From assembly GCA_000320545.1 (NCBI GenBank), contig ADNK01000825.1, positions 67,031-131,030 of the forward strand: a stretch of DNA of 64,000 nt. Direction: 5' to 3'. This DNA is from Bigelowiella natans CCMP2755. Its lineage: Eukaryota; Protista; Cercozoa. The notes under the pieces were generated by a model. The model was not told the DNA's origin. It saw only the letters and a list, made by a program, of their open reading frames with translations, and searched no databases. The first letter of the stretch is position 1. Every line of letters begins with the position of its first letter. The translations under genes and the position numbers were made by a program. This document shows, in pieces, positions 1 to 13,042 of this stretch.

Positions 1-1
1 A

Positions 2-742
2 GCTCGCAGGAGGCAGCGAAAGGCTCAACGCATCGCAGCAGACCCAGCGAAGAAACAAAAAATGTTAGATGAGCCCGTCGTTAACAAAGAGAATGAGTCC
101 CTCTGTAACTCTAAGCCATCAGAAACTAGCGAGGTTATCAAAACTACAAGTACAACGGCGACGGTGACAGTCAAAATTAGCGCCATGTGTAAGGCTGAGG
201 AAGCTCAAAACGTGCTAGCTTCCAACAACAATGTTTTAGGTACTCAAGAAGAAGCAAAAACCATTAAAAATGATAAAGTAGACAATTCACTAGAAGAAAA
301 AGATCTAGAGGGCATTGACAGGCTTCTCGATGGTGATATTCAAGATGTCGACGTTTCCTCTCAGCAGCCATCTATCAGTGAAGAAGAAAAAGGGGATGCA
401 AAAAAAATCAGCACAGCTACAGCCGATATCGCAGACAAGTTGGAAAGTGCTTCGCCTAAACCTATTTTTGGGGAGAAGGATTCTCTTCCCTGCCCCAAGA
501 ACTTCGCAGTAGCAGAAGCTGTTGACTCGTTAAAAACGAATGTCGTAGCCCCTGTTCCCGCCCATGCATCTGCAGAGCCGAGTCCACGAACTATGCAAGA
601 GTTTCAAGATGATGGGGAGCAGTCTTCATTATTCGTTGAGGAAAAGGAGGAGATTGGCGCAGCACCCTTTGATGCGAAAGTGACGAAAAGCAATGCCATC
701 GTTGATGATGTTCCCAGCGCACTGTGCTGTGTCATCGCTTAG
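2..742 (+). CDS. 3' terminal exon of an acidic low-complexity protein ending in a CaaX box (...SALCCVIA*); 5' end lies outside the window
   Basis: The frame of ORF 62..742 stays open back to position 2 (ARRRQRKAQRIAADPAKKQKM...). Composition is E/D/K/S-rich. C-terminal CVIA preceded by another Cys fits prenylation plus palmitoylation. Confidence 0.75.
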   Translation, partial: ARRRQRKAQRIAADPAKKQKMLDEPVVNKENESLCNSKPSETSEVIKTTSTTATVTVKISAMCKAEEAQNVLASNNNVLGTQEEAKTIKNDKVDNSLEEKDLEGIDRLLDGDIQDVDVSSQQPSISEEEKGDAKKISTATADIADKLESASPKPIFGEKDSLPCPKNFAVAEAVDSLKTNVVAPVPAHASAEPSPRTMQEFQDDGEQSSLFVEEKEEIGAAPFDAKVTKSNAIVDDVPSALCCVIA

Positions 743-989
743 AGTCAAACTCAAAATACAAATAGCATAGAACAGACATGTACGATGTTAAATGGTTCCA
801 AGAGTGGCATTGGGCAAAGAGAATGACCCCAAGTATCTCTAAGGAAACCCTCATTCGCACCGATGCGTGTTCCAAAATGTTGTCAAGTGTTTGCATAGCA
901 ATCGCGAGATTCGTACACGCTGTGTTAAAGATCGAATGTCAATGTCTGTTCTGGCGACAGATCAACAGCAGGTGATCAGGTGACTCGCT

Positions 990-1620
990 TGGAGGCGCGC
1001 TGTCTAGCTGTGCGTCTGTCTAGACAAGTGTGTTTATGTTCTGTGGCATCCATCTAGCCATGCTAGCATGTTGCTCTTCCATTCACTAATCTATTGATGC
1101 ACACGCAACGCATTTGCTAAGCTAGTAAGAAGCACACTCTAGCACTAGCTAGCATGCACTGCGTGTAGTACTAGCTAGCTAGTCTAGTAATGCTAGCTAG
1201 CTAGAGTGCATGGTGAGGCGACAAGCGACAAGTGTCACTACTGCTAGACTGCTACAGCATGCATGCTAGCATGCTATCTAGCTATCTCGTAGATCTGCTA
1301 GAGATGTCTGATGCGTTACTATGATGCTAGTATGCTAGCTAGCATGTTATCATGCTAAATAATTCCAGATTTACTGGCGCGAGCACATCTAAGTTTATAC
1401 GTACTAGCTAGCGATACGTCTTGAGTAGACGACCGAATGTAATCCACTCTACTTGCTGAGACAAATTCATAATTGATAGTGCTAGAGTGACACGCCAGCA
1501 CGTCTAGCTCTGGAGTGCTACTGATCTTAATTACTATGTCGCTTTTCACTTTTGTGCGGATAAGAGAGTGCATGTATGTAAACCTCTAGCTAACTAGACT
1601 TAGAGACACAATATATCGTT
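990..1620. other. CTAG/GCTAGC/GCATGC-rich convergent intergenic spacer
   Basis: About 28 CTAG by hand count in roughly 600 bp, including GCTAGCTAGCTAG runs. It lies between the stop codons of two convergent genes. Confidence 0.8.
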
Positions 1621-1912
1621 AATTAAACTGAATTTTAAGTTTAATTAACGATATATTGTGTCTCTGAGGCTTGAAAACTATACATTCTGGACATAATCTC
1701 TGGATTATGCAACCTCGATCGTCTTGAAATGTGATTCGACGTCATATAACAAAAGAGTTTCCAGCCACCCCCAAAAATTCCTTTGGTAGCTGAAACAAAA
1801 TTTATTTGTTGGAAAGATGAGTCTTTGATAGTGGTATCACACAACCCTGGATTGATTTTCGATTTCATTATCTTGTTTCTGATAAGATTGGTCGTGCTTA
1901 GTTTCGTCTTCC

Positions 1913-2878
1913 TCATTGAGTCAATGTCGGCGAGGGTGATGGAGATCGTTCGCTGCCTTCCTCTGTAGTGCTGGTATTATGTTGAAATTGGTTGCTCTCG
2001 ACTTCCGCATGGGGCGGATGGGGCGTTACGACTATCGAAACAGGAGATACAAGGAGATGATGACCTCGGATCTTCTTGACCGGTTTTAGGATTTTTTCCT
2101 TTATTGTTAGACTCTTCTTCTGCATCTTATCGTCCGATCTTTCTGAGATGGGATCGGCTGAAGAATTCAATCTTAGAGTACAGGGAGGATTCTTTTGGAA
2201 GACCTCACTAAGAAAATCATAACAGTGTCCAGGAGCCTCTGTACCCCCGCCAGTCGGTGGACTTTTAATTTTTCGAGCGGGAAGTGTTGCCAAGATGTCA
2301 ATGCTGCTCATACCTTTGAGCGTGTTTATTTTAAGGTTGTAATGCCTTGGAAGTGGGAGCTTGAGTGGGAGGGATGTCCGTCGACCATAAAGATGGTCCT
2401 TGTCACTGTCATAGTTCGGACTTGGTGGTGGTAAATCACTAAACTTTTGCAAAATGGCGCTCTTATAGCGACGGCGTTTGATACGGAGATACTGATAGTT
2501 TTCTTCTAGCTTGACGGGAGAGTTATCCACCCTCCTTGAAATCTTAAGAAGCTTTAAAGTCTGTCTCTTCTTCTCTGATGCACGCTTCTTTTTTTTATGC
2601 AAACATGTTTGTTTCTTTTCCTCTGTATGCTGCCTACGCTCTCTGGGATGGGCAGATTTTGAATACTGTTGCACTGTACATGACGGGCAAAAATACATGA
2701 GATCGTTACGAGAGGTTGCGGTGAGGAATAACTACGGACCTTGCTTTCGTTCTGGTTCAGATCTCTCAGTATTCTTCATTGAACCAGTAGATAAATCCTC
2801 TGTCGATGATCGAGCATGCCGATTGGGACGGGAAAGCTTCACTTTGTGGCGCACGTTGTACGAACATTGCACTCCCAT
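1913..2878 (-). CDS. Two-exon basic hypothetical protein with an N-terminal myristoylation/palmitoylation motif (MGVQCS)
   Basis: ATG at 2878 gives MGVQCSYNVRHK...EPERKQ. A 66-nt GT-AG intron (2739-2674) joins this in frame to ORF 1913..2698 (VQQYSKSAHP...). Confidence 0.65.
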
Positions 2879-3534
2879 CCTGACTTCACTCAAGTGAGTT
2901 GTGACGGATGAAGCTGGCGACTACCGCCTCCTGATTATCGTCGTTGCCGATGCTCGGCTCTAAGACGGTTGTCTGTCTAGCCTTTGTCGCACGCTTAAAT
3001 AGGTATCAATTTACAGATTAATCCCGCAAGTGTTTAAACTCAAATTTGAATCTTTTCCGCCTTGTTTTTCGAAAGGAATACCGGGATTAACCCGTCGGAG
3101 ACGCGCCGGGCCGCAACAAAACTCGACAATTGCACAATGAACACAACATCATTATATTGTTCTGCCGTTGTTGCGTCTTTGTTCCGGTTGGCAGTCGGCA
3201 GGAAAAAATGTAAGAAATATCAGCGAAGATTGGAGCGACGAGCTAGCTGTCGCGAAAAAGCTGGGGAGTCAAGGATGCGACTAGAACTAACTGAAAGAAT
3301 TGTGTCCGAGCCGTGCAGGATGGACACGTGCGCCAAATAACAACATCCCTCCTACGAATAATGCGGGGTTATTTTCTTCCACAACAGGCGACTTCTTACC
3401 TCGGTGATGAAAAAGGAAGATACTCGACGGCAGGCGGAGGCGACTCCCCAAAAAATCTCGTCTCTCGAGTAACATAGTCTGTCCCCTCTTGCGCAAGTGT
3501 GCCGCGCCTAAACCTGCGTCCGAAAGAGGGTAGG

Positions 3535-6500
3535 ATGGAGGGGATAGCTTCGCCGTCGAGCCAGGGTACAGGAGTTCGCAACACAAAGAAAGGCGAGGCG
3601 GCAACAGGTTTGTGTGTTACATTGATCGAACTGTTCAACTCTGAGAAAAGCAATTGCCGAGAGTTGCTGACGCACTCTCGATGATATAGAAAAGAGTAGT
3701 TCTCAACCTACTAGATGCCTATTTGTTAACCTCTATGTTGTAGGCGAACGCATTGATGCAGAGCCACCACATAAGATATTCGACGACCCTTTCGCACCTG
3801 ATGCGAGAGGGGACTCGAACCTAGACCCGGCGTCATTGTCCTACCACATCAGCGGAGGAGGGGTAGTTCATGATTCCTTTGAACATATTTTAGTATAGGG
3901 TTCCTGAGACTACCATACTTTCCTCTTTTAGGTCGAGGAGCACCTTCGAAATGTTGTGACGAAAACCGCATGCGGGGGTGCCCTCCTGGAGAAATCGAAC
4001 TTAGTCCGGACGGAAAGTTTGTTAATTGCCAGAGCACAAGCTATCATTGAACAAATACGGGCTGGAAGGAGTTCGGCACAAGCTGCAGATGATAAAGTAC
4101 ATGAATACGAGAATCGTTTGAAACAAACCTTGAGGAGCATCGGGTGAGTTTATGAAGATTGTAGCTTACATGGGTCAGGTATTCATTTCTTCAACTTATT
4201 CTACGATCGAATTGCTTTCACAGGAGATCTCAGAGAAAGTCAGGAAAATTTAAAAACGTGATGATCCAAACAGGTTTGTTATCCCAGACTGTACGAGATG
4301 GCCCCACTACTAATCATTAATAAGTAGTCTAGAAGATTACGGAGTCGTCACACTGTGCTGCGCCACAAATTAGGTCTGGACATTCTTCTCGCCCTTGTCG
4401 AAGAACAAAGGTGGTATTCGAAAACCTCCCCGTACTGCATAAATCTTTTGCTTCATCTCGAGGACATTTCATAAAACATTTTACAGGAAGAAATAAATAC
4501 ATTTATTTAGGGCTGAGGCAAAGGTCGTCGGGCGCGTTGTGTCGATCCTAAACACCACCTTCCGAAAGCTGTACAAGGAGAAGAAATCTTGGCAAAAGTC
4601 TGAGAGCAAAGAGTTCTACTGCTGGTCTGAGTCTGCTGACTCGCTCATCGATTTCCTCAAGAACCTGCAACAACAGGGAGGCATGCATTCCAACAGTGCC
4701 CTCGCTGCATTGTTTTGGTGCTACATGCTCTTTGGTCGCTTGAATGACCTCCTGTTCCTCGTTAACGATATGCTTCGACGCAACGGTGCTAGTCTCACCC
4801 CCACGCCGCTTCCTTCCGACTCTTCTGGCCATCAGGGCGCTCTTCACGCTGCCCTAACCTCGCATCTTATTGAGGATGTGGTGCATTCCTCTTCTTCGTC
4901 GTTACTGCGTAGATGTATCACAGATGAAAAAAGGGAGAAGGGACACGAAATCAAGGAAACCAATAGCAATGGCGGTGCTGTTGCTGGTGGTGGTGGTGGT
5001 GATGATACTGGTACTGCTGCCGACGCCGCCGACGGCGATGAGGACGATGATGACACCGTCATAGAGCTGCAGTTGACACAACTTGCGGCAACCAGTGAGG
5101 AGATCAAACTTGCCCTATCATTCTATGGGGAAGTGGTCTGTGTGAAGGCCAGATCGATCGGCAGCAGTAGTTTCAACAACAGTGCCGTCAGTAACATGTG
5201 GACCGTAAAATTCTGCAGCCCAGAAAGCGCAGCGATGGCGGCGAGGGAAATCCCCACTGCTTCTTTGAGGAAGAGGGAAATTCAGAAGCAGCAACAGAAG
5301 CAGAAATATAGCTCTACGAATACACCGAGCAAGATAGAGAGTACTGAATTAAAAAATGGGAAGGGGCTGCGCAACAGTGGGAATGATGTGGTAGAGGCCA
5401 AATTGCTCCAGGGAGTTGACGAAGTCGATACAGCTGCCATTGCCGTTTTGTACACAATATCTTGTGATGCACAGGATTTCTGCTTCAACTTCACCTCACG
5501 AGGCAGTGGGGAACGGGCATATGATGCGCCAGACTCTGCTGCTTCAAAGCATAGTCTCTTCGTGGAAGCAAGCCCCGATTCGCTTAGGGCTGCTCTCCCT
5601 CTCCTCGCCAGTATCATGAATGGATTTGGAGAAGAAAAAGGATATTCCAAAACGGAGAGGGGTGCAGAAGAAACCACGGTCTGCCATGACGATGACGAGA
5701 AAAAGTCACCATGTTTAGACAACGAGAGAGTACTTACAAAGATGGTGCAGTGCCTTCATATTCTCAAGGCCATCTTGCGTCGAATAGAGCTTAGAGACAC
5801 AGGTGGGGGTGGAGAAAGTGAAGAAGTCAAGACTAGGAGTAAAAGTAGCAGTAGTCCAAGCAAGAAAGGCTATTATAGAGGAAAAAAGGGAAGAAAGGCC
5901 CACAAGAAAAGGGGCAAGCGCCGCAACACTCGGCGTAAGGAACACAAGGAGGAACAGGAGGAGGAAGAGGAGGAAGAAAAACAGCTGCAAAAGAACGACG
6001 ATGATGACGGCAGCAGAGAGAATAGTGTGGTGGAAGAACAACTGAGGCTGAAGGAACGCCAGCAGGTCCAGCAATTGCTCAATACAGCCAGAAGATACCT
6101 CAGCAAGCTTTTATCATCGGTCACTGTTCCTTCAGGAGGTAAGCATAGCATGCCTAAGGGAATAGTAAGGGGAGGGGGGGGTTCGGGTTTTCTTTCCAAA
6201 GATGGATTTCTGCTTAGTTATGACTCGATACGCTTTGTTTATCCCTGTTCCAACAGAATCTTCGTCGTCGTCATCATCGTCACTATTGGTTGAGAAGATG
6301 CGCGCTCTCGCTTCCGAATGCCTTCTCATGGTCCTGGAAAGGGCAGGGAGTATCTCAAATGGAGGGATGGGAGGAGGAAAGGGCGGGAAAGCATCATCGT
6401 CATCGTCATCATCGTCGTCTGGGTCCTATTCTCGCACAACCTCCATGCTCAGGCTGTATATGACGGCAAGGGAGATACGCCCCCTCCTCCTCAGCAAGAA

Positions 6501-6887
6501 GATAATGCCAAATCTTCACGCCATCCTCGATAATTGCGACGACCCGGAACTCCTCAACAGCTTTGTTATCAAAGTCATTACCGCCTTCAGACAGCAGGAG
6601 ATGATGGTAGCAGCGACGAAAGCAGAGAAGAAGTCTATTTCTTTCTCCAAGCCTCCATCTCCCATGTCGAGGGAGACCGTATTTGCTCTGATATCTGCCG
6701 TGCTGTGCGAAGCCGGGGCGAAGGTGATGATGAGCTCACTTAGCGCTGTGCGGTTATGGTTCTCTTATTATGCACTTTGTGGTGCCATATCTACCTACAA
6801 CTAATTTCCGCCACAAGGGCTAGGGGAGGATGTTTGGATCGGCATTCCTATTGCTTTTGCTTAGTTTTCCGCTTTGTTTCTCAACTG

Positions 6888-6924
<37 letters not shown>

Positions 6925-6972
6925 CTCTGTGTGTGTGTGTGTGTCTCTCTGTCTCTCTGTCTCTCTGCGTTG

Positions 6973-7011
<39 letters not shown>

Positions 7012-7536
7012 GTATGTGTTGCACTTCACCAGATGCGGTCGCTATCTACCGCAAAAGGCAGCATGTCTCGCATGCGTGCCTGGGCAGCAGCGACCGCGAC
7101 GGGAAATGTGAATGCTGTGAAGGCTCCTCTGCCCTCCAATCTATTCGAAGCCGGCGTGCCGTCGATCGTCAAGGTAGCGGTAATGCTACTTCCGCAGCTG
7201 CTAAGCTGGGCGGAGAAGGATTTAGAGCTGTTGGGAGGGCAGGTGTACCAGCAGAGTTGGATGACATTTCGCAAGGAGATTTTGACGGGACGTATGCTAC
7301 CGTGGATTCTAAGTGTGCTGCCGGCCTTCTCGCGTTCAATGCTGCTTTCGCTCGCAGTGGTGCCATCCTTGGCCAAGATATGCCATAAGCTTACAGCTCT
7401 GGAAGAGAGCAGGAAAAAGAAGAAGAAGTCGCAACAACAGCAGCCGGACTTCCGACCTCAATCCGTGAGACGATTTTTTCTTCAGTGCAACCATTTTCCA
7501 TCGTACTGTGAGAAGGTGGGAGGGGGGGGGATGAGT

Positions 7537-7576
<40 letters not shown>

Positions 7577-10500
7577 AAGAGAGAGCTAAAGACAGATTAG
7601 CTCTGCTTTTCCTCATATTAGATTGGGGGATGGCAGAACACATCTACATATTATCCTCCCATTTGCCACAAGATGCTTGACTTTATCTATTAACAGCAGC
7701 ATGTTGCAGCGGCAGTGGGACAGGTTAAGGTGTGGGTGAGTGCGACAAGAAAGATGAGTTTCAGGGTGTGGACGATTTTGACGACTTCCATGTACATTGG
7801 GCCGTCGCTAGATCCTGTGGAAGTGAAATCGGCAAAATGGCTCAAATCCAAGCTTCTCAGCGGGGGGGCTGGTCCTCCTGTATGGCTGGAGCGGTTCACT
7901 GTCAGCTTGACGAGAAAGAATGATGATGATGGGGTCAACGAGAAAAGCAAGGGAACGTTGGGAGGAGGAGGAGGGGGAGGAGAATTAGCGAATAATGACG
8001 TATCAGCAGCAACAGTAGGGAGACCTCAGGTGATGGGGCTATACACAGCTAGTAGTGTCAGGAACGACGAAGAGGATGATCTCAACGACGTTCATGATGA
8101 GGACAGACCATTGGAGGCGGCTGCTGCAGCAGCGGCGGGCAATGGCGACGATGGCGTTTTCTATGAGAACACCCCTGGATCACCCAATATCTCTGCTGCT
8201 TCGAGGCAAGACAACAAAGGTGGCACAATTGCCAGCACTAATGCCGCACAAACTGCTGCTTCTTCTGAAGACAGCAAAAATACTGGCAATGGTGATAATG
8301 ACGGGAAGAATAGTAGCGACCCTCCCTTCCCTCTCCCCCCCCCCCCTTCTCTTCCAAAAATGAGCCCACAGCTTCTCCGTCAGCATTCAGCTCCCATACT
8401 CGAAAAAGGTGGAGCACCTGGTAGCGGAGGTGGTGTGGGTGGTAGTGCGCGGCGAGACGGCGACAATCGTGCATCAAAGAAATCTAACAGGAAAATCAAG
8501 GCCAAGCAGGTGGTTTTAGGCGGTTTGTGTGAAGATTATGTCTGTATGAATGATGAGGGCGTTTGCCCAGTAAAGCAAATTCGAAGTAGAGACATTCTAG
8601 AAGGTTTCGAACGGCGCGGAAAACACCGATTATTATCCATCCATATACGCCGTGGAACAAGCCACATCGGTGTTCGTGGGGTGTGATATTCGAGACGATG
8701 ACTTGAATATTATGGCCAATGACGGACTGTTGTGGCAATAATGATGTGATGACTATCACCATTGACTGCAGATGGCAGTTTTCATTATTAACTGAACTTC
8801 CTATGATCTCCCGTCCCTCCCCCTCCCTCCCCCCTTCCCTCCCATAGATTATAGAGGAGCTGGCGTTCGATAGCCCCCTTTTGCTAAGCCCCGAAGAAGA
8901 GGAAGCGGTTGTTTCCCGCGTCCGAAGGATGGAGGATGACGACGATTCCAAGATACAAGAAGAGGATGAGAAAGTAGAGCATAGTAGCACGGTATCAACA
9001 ACGATGCCAGCCCCGCTGCGACAGCTCTTGTATTGGACGTCGAAGGAATGCAAGGAGAGGGTGCGCTTTAGGACGCAAAAGCGCTTTAAAACGGGGCTGC
9101 ATCGTATTGGCTGCATGGTCTTTGCCGCCGTGGTTTACCTTCAAGGGAGAGCCTCTGAGCTAGGAATGTCCATCAGGTAGTATCGATAGTATAAGTAGTA
9201 GTTAATCGTCGTAAGCCTTGTCATGAGGGAGGCGGCATTCCGTCTCATATGGGGGTGGTGTGGGTGGAGAGTAACGTCTACATATCTCCACCACTGAAGT
9301 ATGGTGCTCGTATCATTTTCCCAACGACATATGAATATATACCTGCCAGCGAGGAAAACCTGCGGTTTCAGGCTCGCCGGTGGAGCCGTGAATGGGCTGC
9401 AGTGTGCCGTTTCAAAACCGTTTGCAACGCGTTCGCCGCACAGGGCTACACCTTAGAATCCATAGAGGTGAAAATAGTGGCGACCATTAATTGATGATGA
9501 TTATGATTATTTCTGCAAATGATGATCTTTTGACAAGATTTTCGTAATGACAGTTATGATGATGATGATGATATGATGATGATGATGACGACGACGACGA
9601 TGATTATTCTCCGAATAAAGTTGTGCTAGTGGCTTGCTTTGCCAATCACCACATGCAACTCCATTGTCTCCGCTTCGCTCGCACCGTTTCCCTCTCTTGT
9701 TTCTCAATGCTGCACCCTCAGACGATTAAGTTTTTTGTTGTTCTGATGAGATGGGTCTGTACGTCTCGCGTGTCTTCATCCTCCCCCATCCCTCCTTCCC
9801 CCTCTCCTCTTGTTCCTTGTTCCTAATGCTACGAAGATGTGCGTGAGGTCGAGGGTCAAGTTTCTGCTAGCGTTCCATCCCCCCAAGGACGTGCACCCAC
9901 CGTCGCTGTCTCACAAGAAGGACGAGAAACCAGCATGGATCTCATCTCCCTCCCTCCCTCTCGTTCTTCCCGCAGGGCGACCTGGCCTTTTAAGGACGAG
10001 GAGCGAGGACCCTCCTCCTCTAAGGCAGATTGTGTCAGCTTCGGTAGCGTCACTAGCAGGATCAGGGAAGAAGAAGATGAAGAAAAAGAGCCATTCACCG
10101 GCGAGAAGACCAAAGGTGATCGGGGACGACTACAGAGGCTCGGAAAAAGAGGTGGTAATGATAGTATGGGTCAAGTAGTAGTAGTTGTAGCAGTAATAGA
10201 AGTTGTGGACAGCAGCAGTAATGAGAATAGGAGAATGAGGAGGAGGAGGAGGAGGAGAAAGTATTCTATTGTAATCACAAACTTTGTGCCCTTCTCAACC
10301 TCCTCAAATTTCTCGATGAACGCACATTTTTTGTATCCTGACATATCCTCGTCTATACTCCTCCTCCTCCTCTTCCTCCTCCTCCTTCCCACAACTACTT
10401 ATAGGATATCGAAACGGCCTTGGTGCGTTTTCGCGAGCTTGTCCGTAAGGCAACAGATGAGGAGGGGCGGCAAGATGATGGCGGCACAGCATTGCGTGGG

Positions 10501-11724
10501 AACGTGCTCGATCTCGTCTTGGATTTTGTTGATCTCGCCGAGGACTTGAAGGTGTGTGCAAAGAATGCTAGCGACGATACCGACAAGAAGAAAGATGCAG
10601 AAGGAGGAGGCCATCAGGAGGAGGAGGGTAAAGCAAGCCCCACCGTCGACACACAGGCGTTCCAAGACCTCTGCGCCGCGCTCACAGCAAGGAGGTATAC
10701 AAATCCGGCGAGATTCGCTTTTTCGTCCCCATCTCCCACAAAAGTTTTTTGAGAAAAACCAATCCATTATTTTTTTAATGTTTCTGAAGATATTGATTTG
10801 GATGTTGTTCTTAGTTGTTAGCTAGTTATTTTGTGAGGGAGCATTTATCGCCTCCGCGTCCACTCCATTGTCGTTTCGATATGAACCTACCCAAGAAACT
10901 ACAGAGAATAGCACACTGCACTCTCAACCGACATATTAGCTAGCACCAAGCAACCACTACCACACATGATTATAATATCTCCACAGGGCACGCGCTGTGC
11001 TGCGACTGACGGCGATCCAGCATTTCGGACACATGGCCGTGCATGTGAATGACGAGAACTCATGCCGTTACATTCTAGAAGGGGTGTGCCTTGCGGTACA
11101 TCGTGCTGCAGCTTGCGGTAGTAGCAGTAGCAGCAGCAGCAGCAGCAGGAATAGCAGCAATGGCAATAGTGTCGGACATCCTTTGACTGCAAATGTGACG
11201 CAAACAAGAACTAGTTCGGGTTTTATCTTCGGGACGCAACAATCGAGTGCAAGAAATTCGAGCAGTCTCAGAACTCCTGCCGCTTATCTCCCCTGCTCCC
11301 CGCGATCGGGGCTGCCATCGTCTTTGTCACCGTCCTCCGCTACGATGTCTGTACAGGTCGTGGACCCTCTGGTCCGTAAGCTCTGCCAGCTCGAACCTCT
11401 CTGCGGGGGAGGGGGAGAAGCAGACGACGACGATGATGATGTTAGCGTCCCAACGTTGCCTCCCTTCCCTCCCCCCCTGACACATGCACCAGCAACTAAC
11501 CCTTGGAGATCTGGGCAAGGGCGGTTTACTTCTCGGCAAGGAGGACTCGCGAATAACAATAACAACAACAACAACAACAACAGCAGCAGCAGCAGCAGCA
11601 GCAACAGGACGACACCTACTGATCGTCGGAAAGGGAAAAGCTCTTCTCGTAGCGTGCATTGGCTGGTAGATATAGAAGGTATGGGGCCCGCGTTCGACTC
11701 TATGGCACTTCAAAGGTTTGTCTC

Positions 11725-11762
<38 letters not shown>

Positions 11763-12998
11763 GTGAGTGTGTGTGTATGTGTGTGCTTATGCTTTATTCA
11801 GTGGCTGCATGCTTGAATGTGATGTATAATTCATGCTCACCAACGTTCCATCTCATCGCGATTAATCTTCTCTCCCTGATCCCCCCTCTTCTCCTTACTA
11901 CCTAAAGTTTTCTCGACTTGCTGAGCACGTTATGGAAGAAGACGAGACGGTTCAAGTTCCCGGTAGAGTTGTCAGGGCTTACACTGCTCGCCTCCTGCAT
12001 CCATTTCCGCAGCCAAGACCTCCAAAAGCTTGATTCCTCCGGCATCACCTCTTTTGTCCGTAAATTAGCGCTGAATCCTCCTGCATCAGCCGTTAAAGTA
12101 TCGCTAGCTGCTTGGGCTTTAATGCGCGTAATGATATACTCTGTTGGGGACTCGGTCAGAGCGTCGTCGAGCTTGGTGGCAGGTCGACAGCAGCAGCGAC
12201 AGCAGCAGCGACAGCAGCAGCGACAGCATCAGCAAGGCCACGATGGCAGTGCTTCTCGTATACTGAATGAATGGATTGACATTCTGCTGGAAAAGCTTGA
12301 GGCGCAGTGGCATCATAATTATAGTAAGTTGGCGACGGGAATCACCGGGAAGAAGAGCACCGTCGACCATAATAATGCGGGACAGCAGGAGAACAGAAAT
12401 CAGTTCCCGCAGCCTATGAGACGGGCTAAGACCACAGCTGCTGTATTTAGGTCAGATTTTGATCTTGCCGCTGGTGAGGCCGGATCTCCTTCCTCCTTTG
12501 GAAGTGGTGGCGATGGTGCTAGTGGTACTGCTGCTGCTGCTACTACCAGTGGTGGTAGTGATACATTCGGCCTTGTGACTGCATGTCGTCGGTCATCATC
12601 GTCGCCGCAATCGCCAGAAAAGTTAGGCGGTGATGGTGGGGGGAGGGGAGACATTGCTTCACCCCCTTCTTATTCGGAAACAAAGGGGAGCCCATCAGGG
12701 TCAAGACCGAACATGCTTGTGCGACAACTTTCACTGGATACAGCATCCACAGGATGGCATGCGGAGATGGCAGCAGGCAATCTCCTAGCGATGGTGAACA
12801 GCAACAGTAACAGCATAAATGCCCCCTTCGACTATAAGAGCATGATGGAGAAGAAGCAGCAGCAGCAGCAAGAGGAAAAAGAGGGGAAAGAGCAAAAATG
12901 GGGAGCGCCGACGATCAAGGAGGAGAGGAAGGAAGAAGCCGATAAAGATTGCCTTTCTTCTCAAAAGGTGAATGCTCGTGCTGAATCAAATGCATGTG

Positions 12999-13042
<44 letters not shown>

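Noticed and set aside
3062-3653. Short ORFs in the divergent spacer upstream of the HECT gene
   Set aside because: No recognisable motifs. They overlap the promoter region and the first HECT exon.
3798-3875. tRNA on the - strand (GGTTCGAGTCC T-loop-like motif)
   Set aside because: The T-stem does not pair, no acceptor or D stems are found, and it lies in a coding exon.
6756-7111. ORFs rich in CVCVCV, SLSLSL, YIYIYI, HTHTHT or ERERER, here and throughout the window
   Set aside because: Translations of intronic dinucleotide microsatellites.
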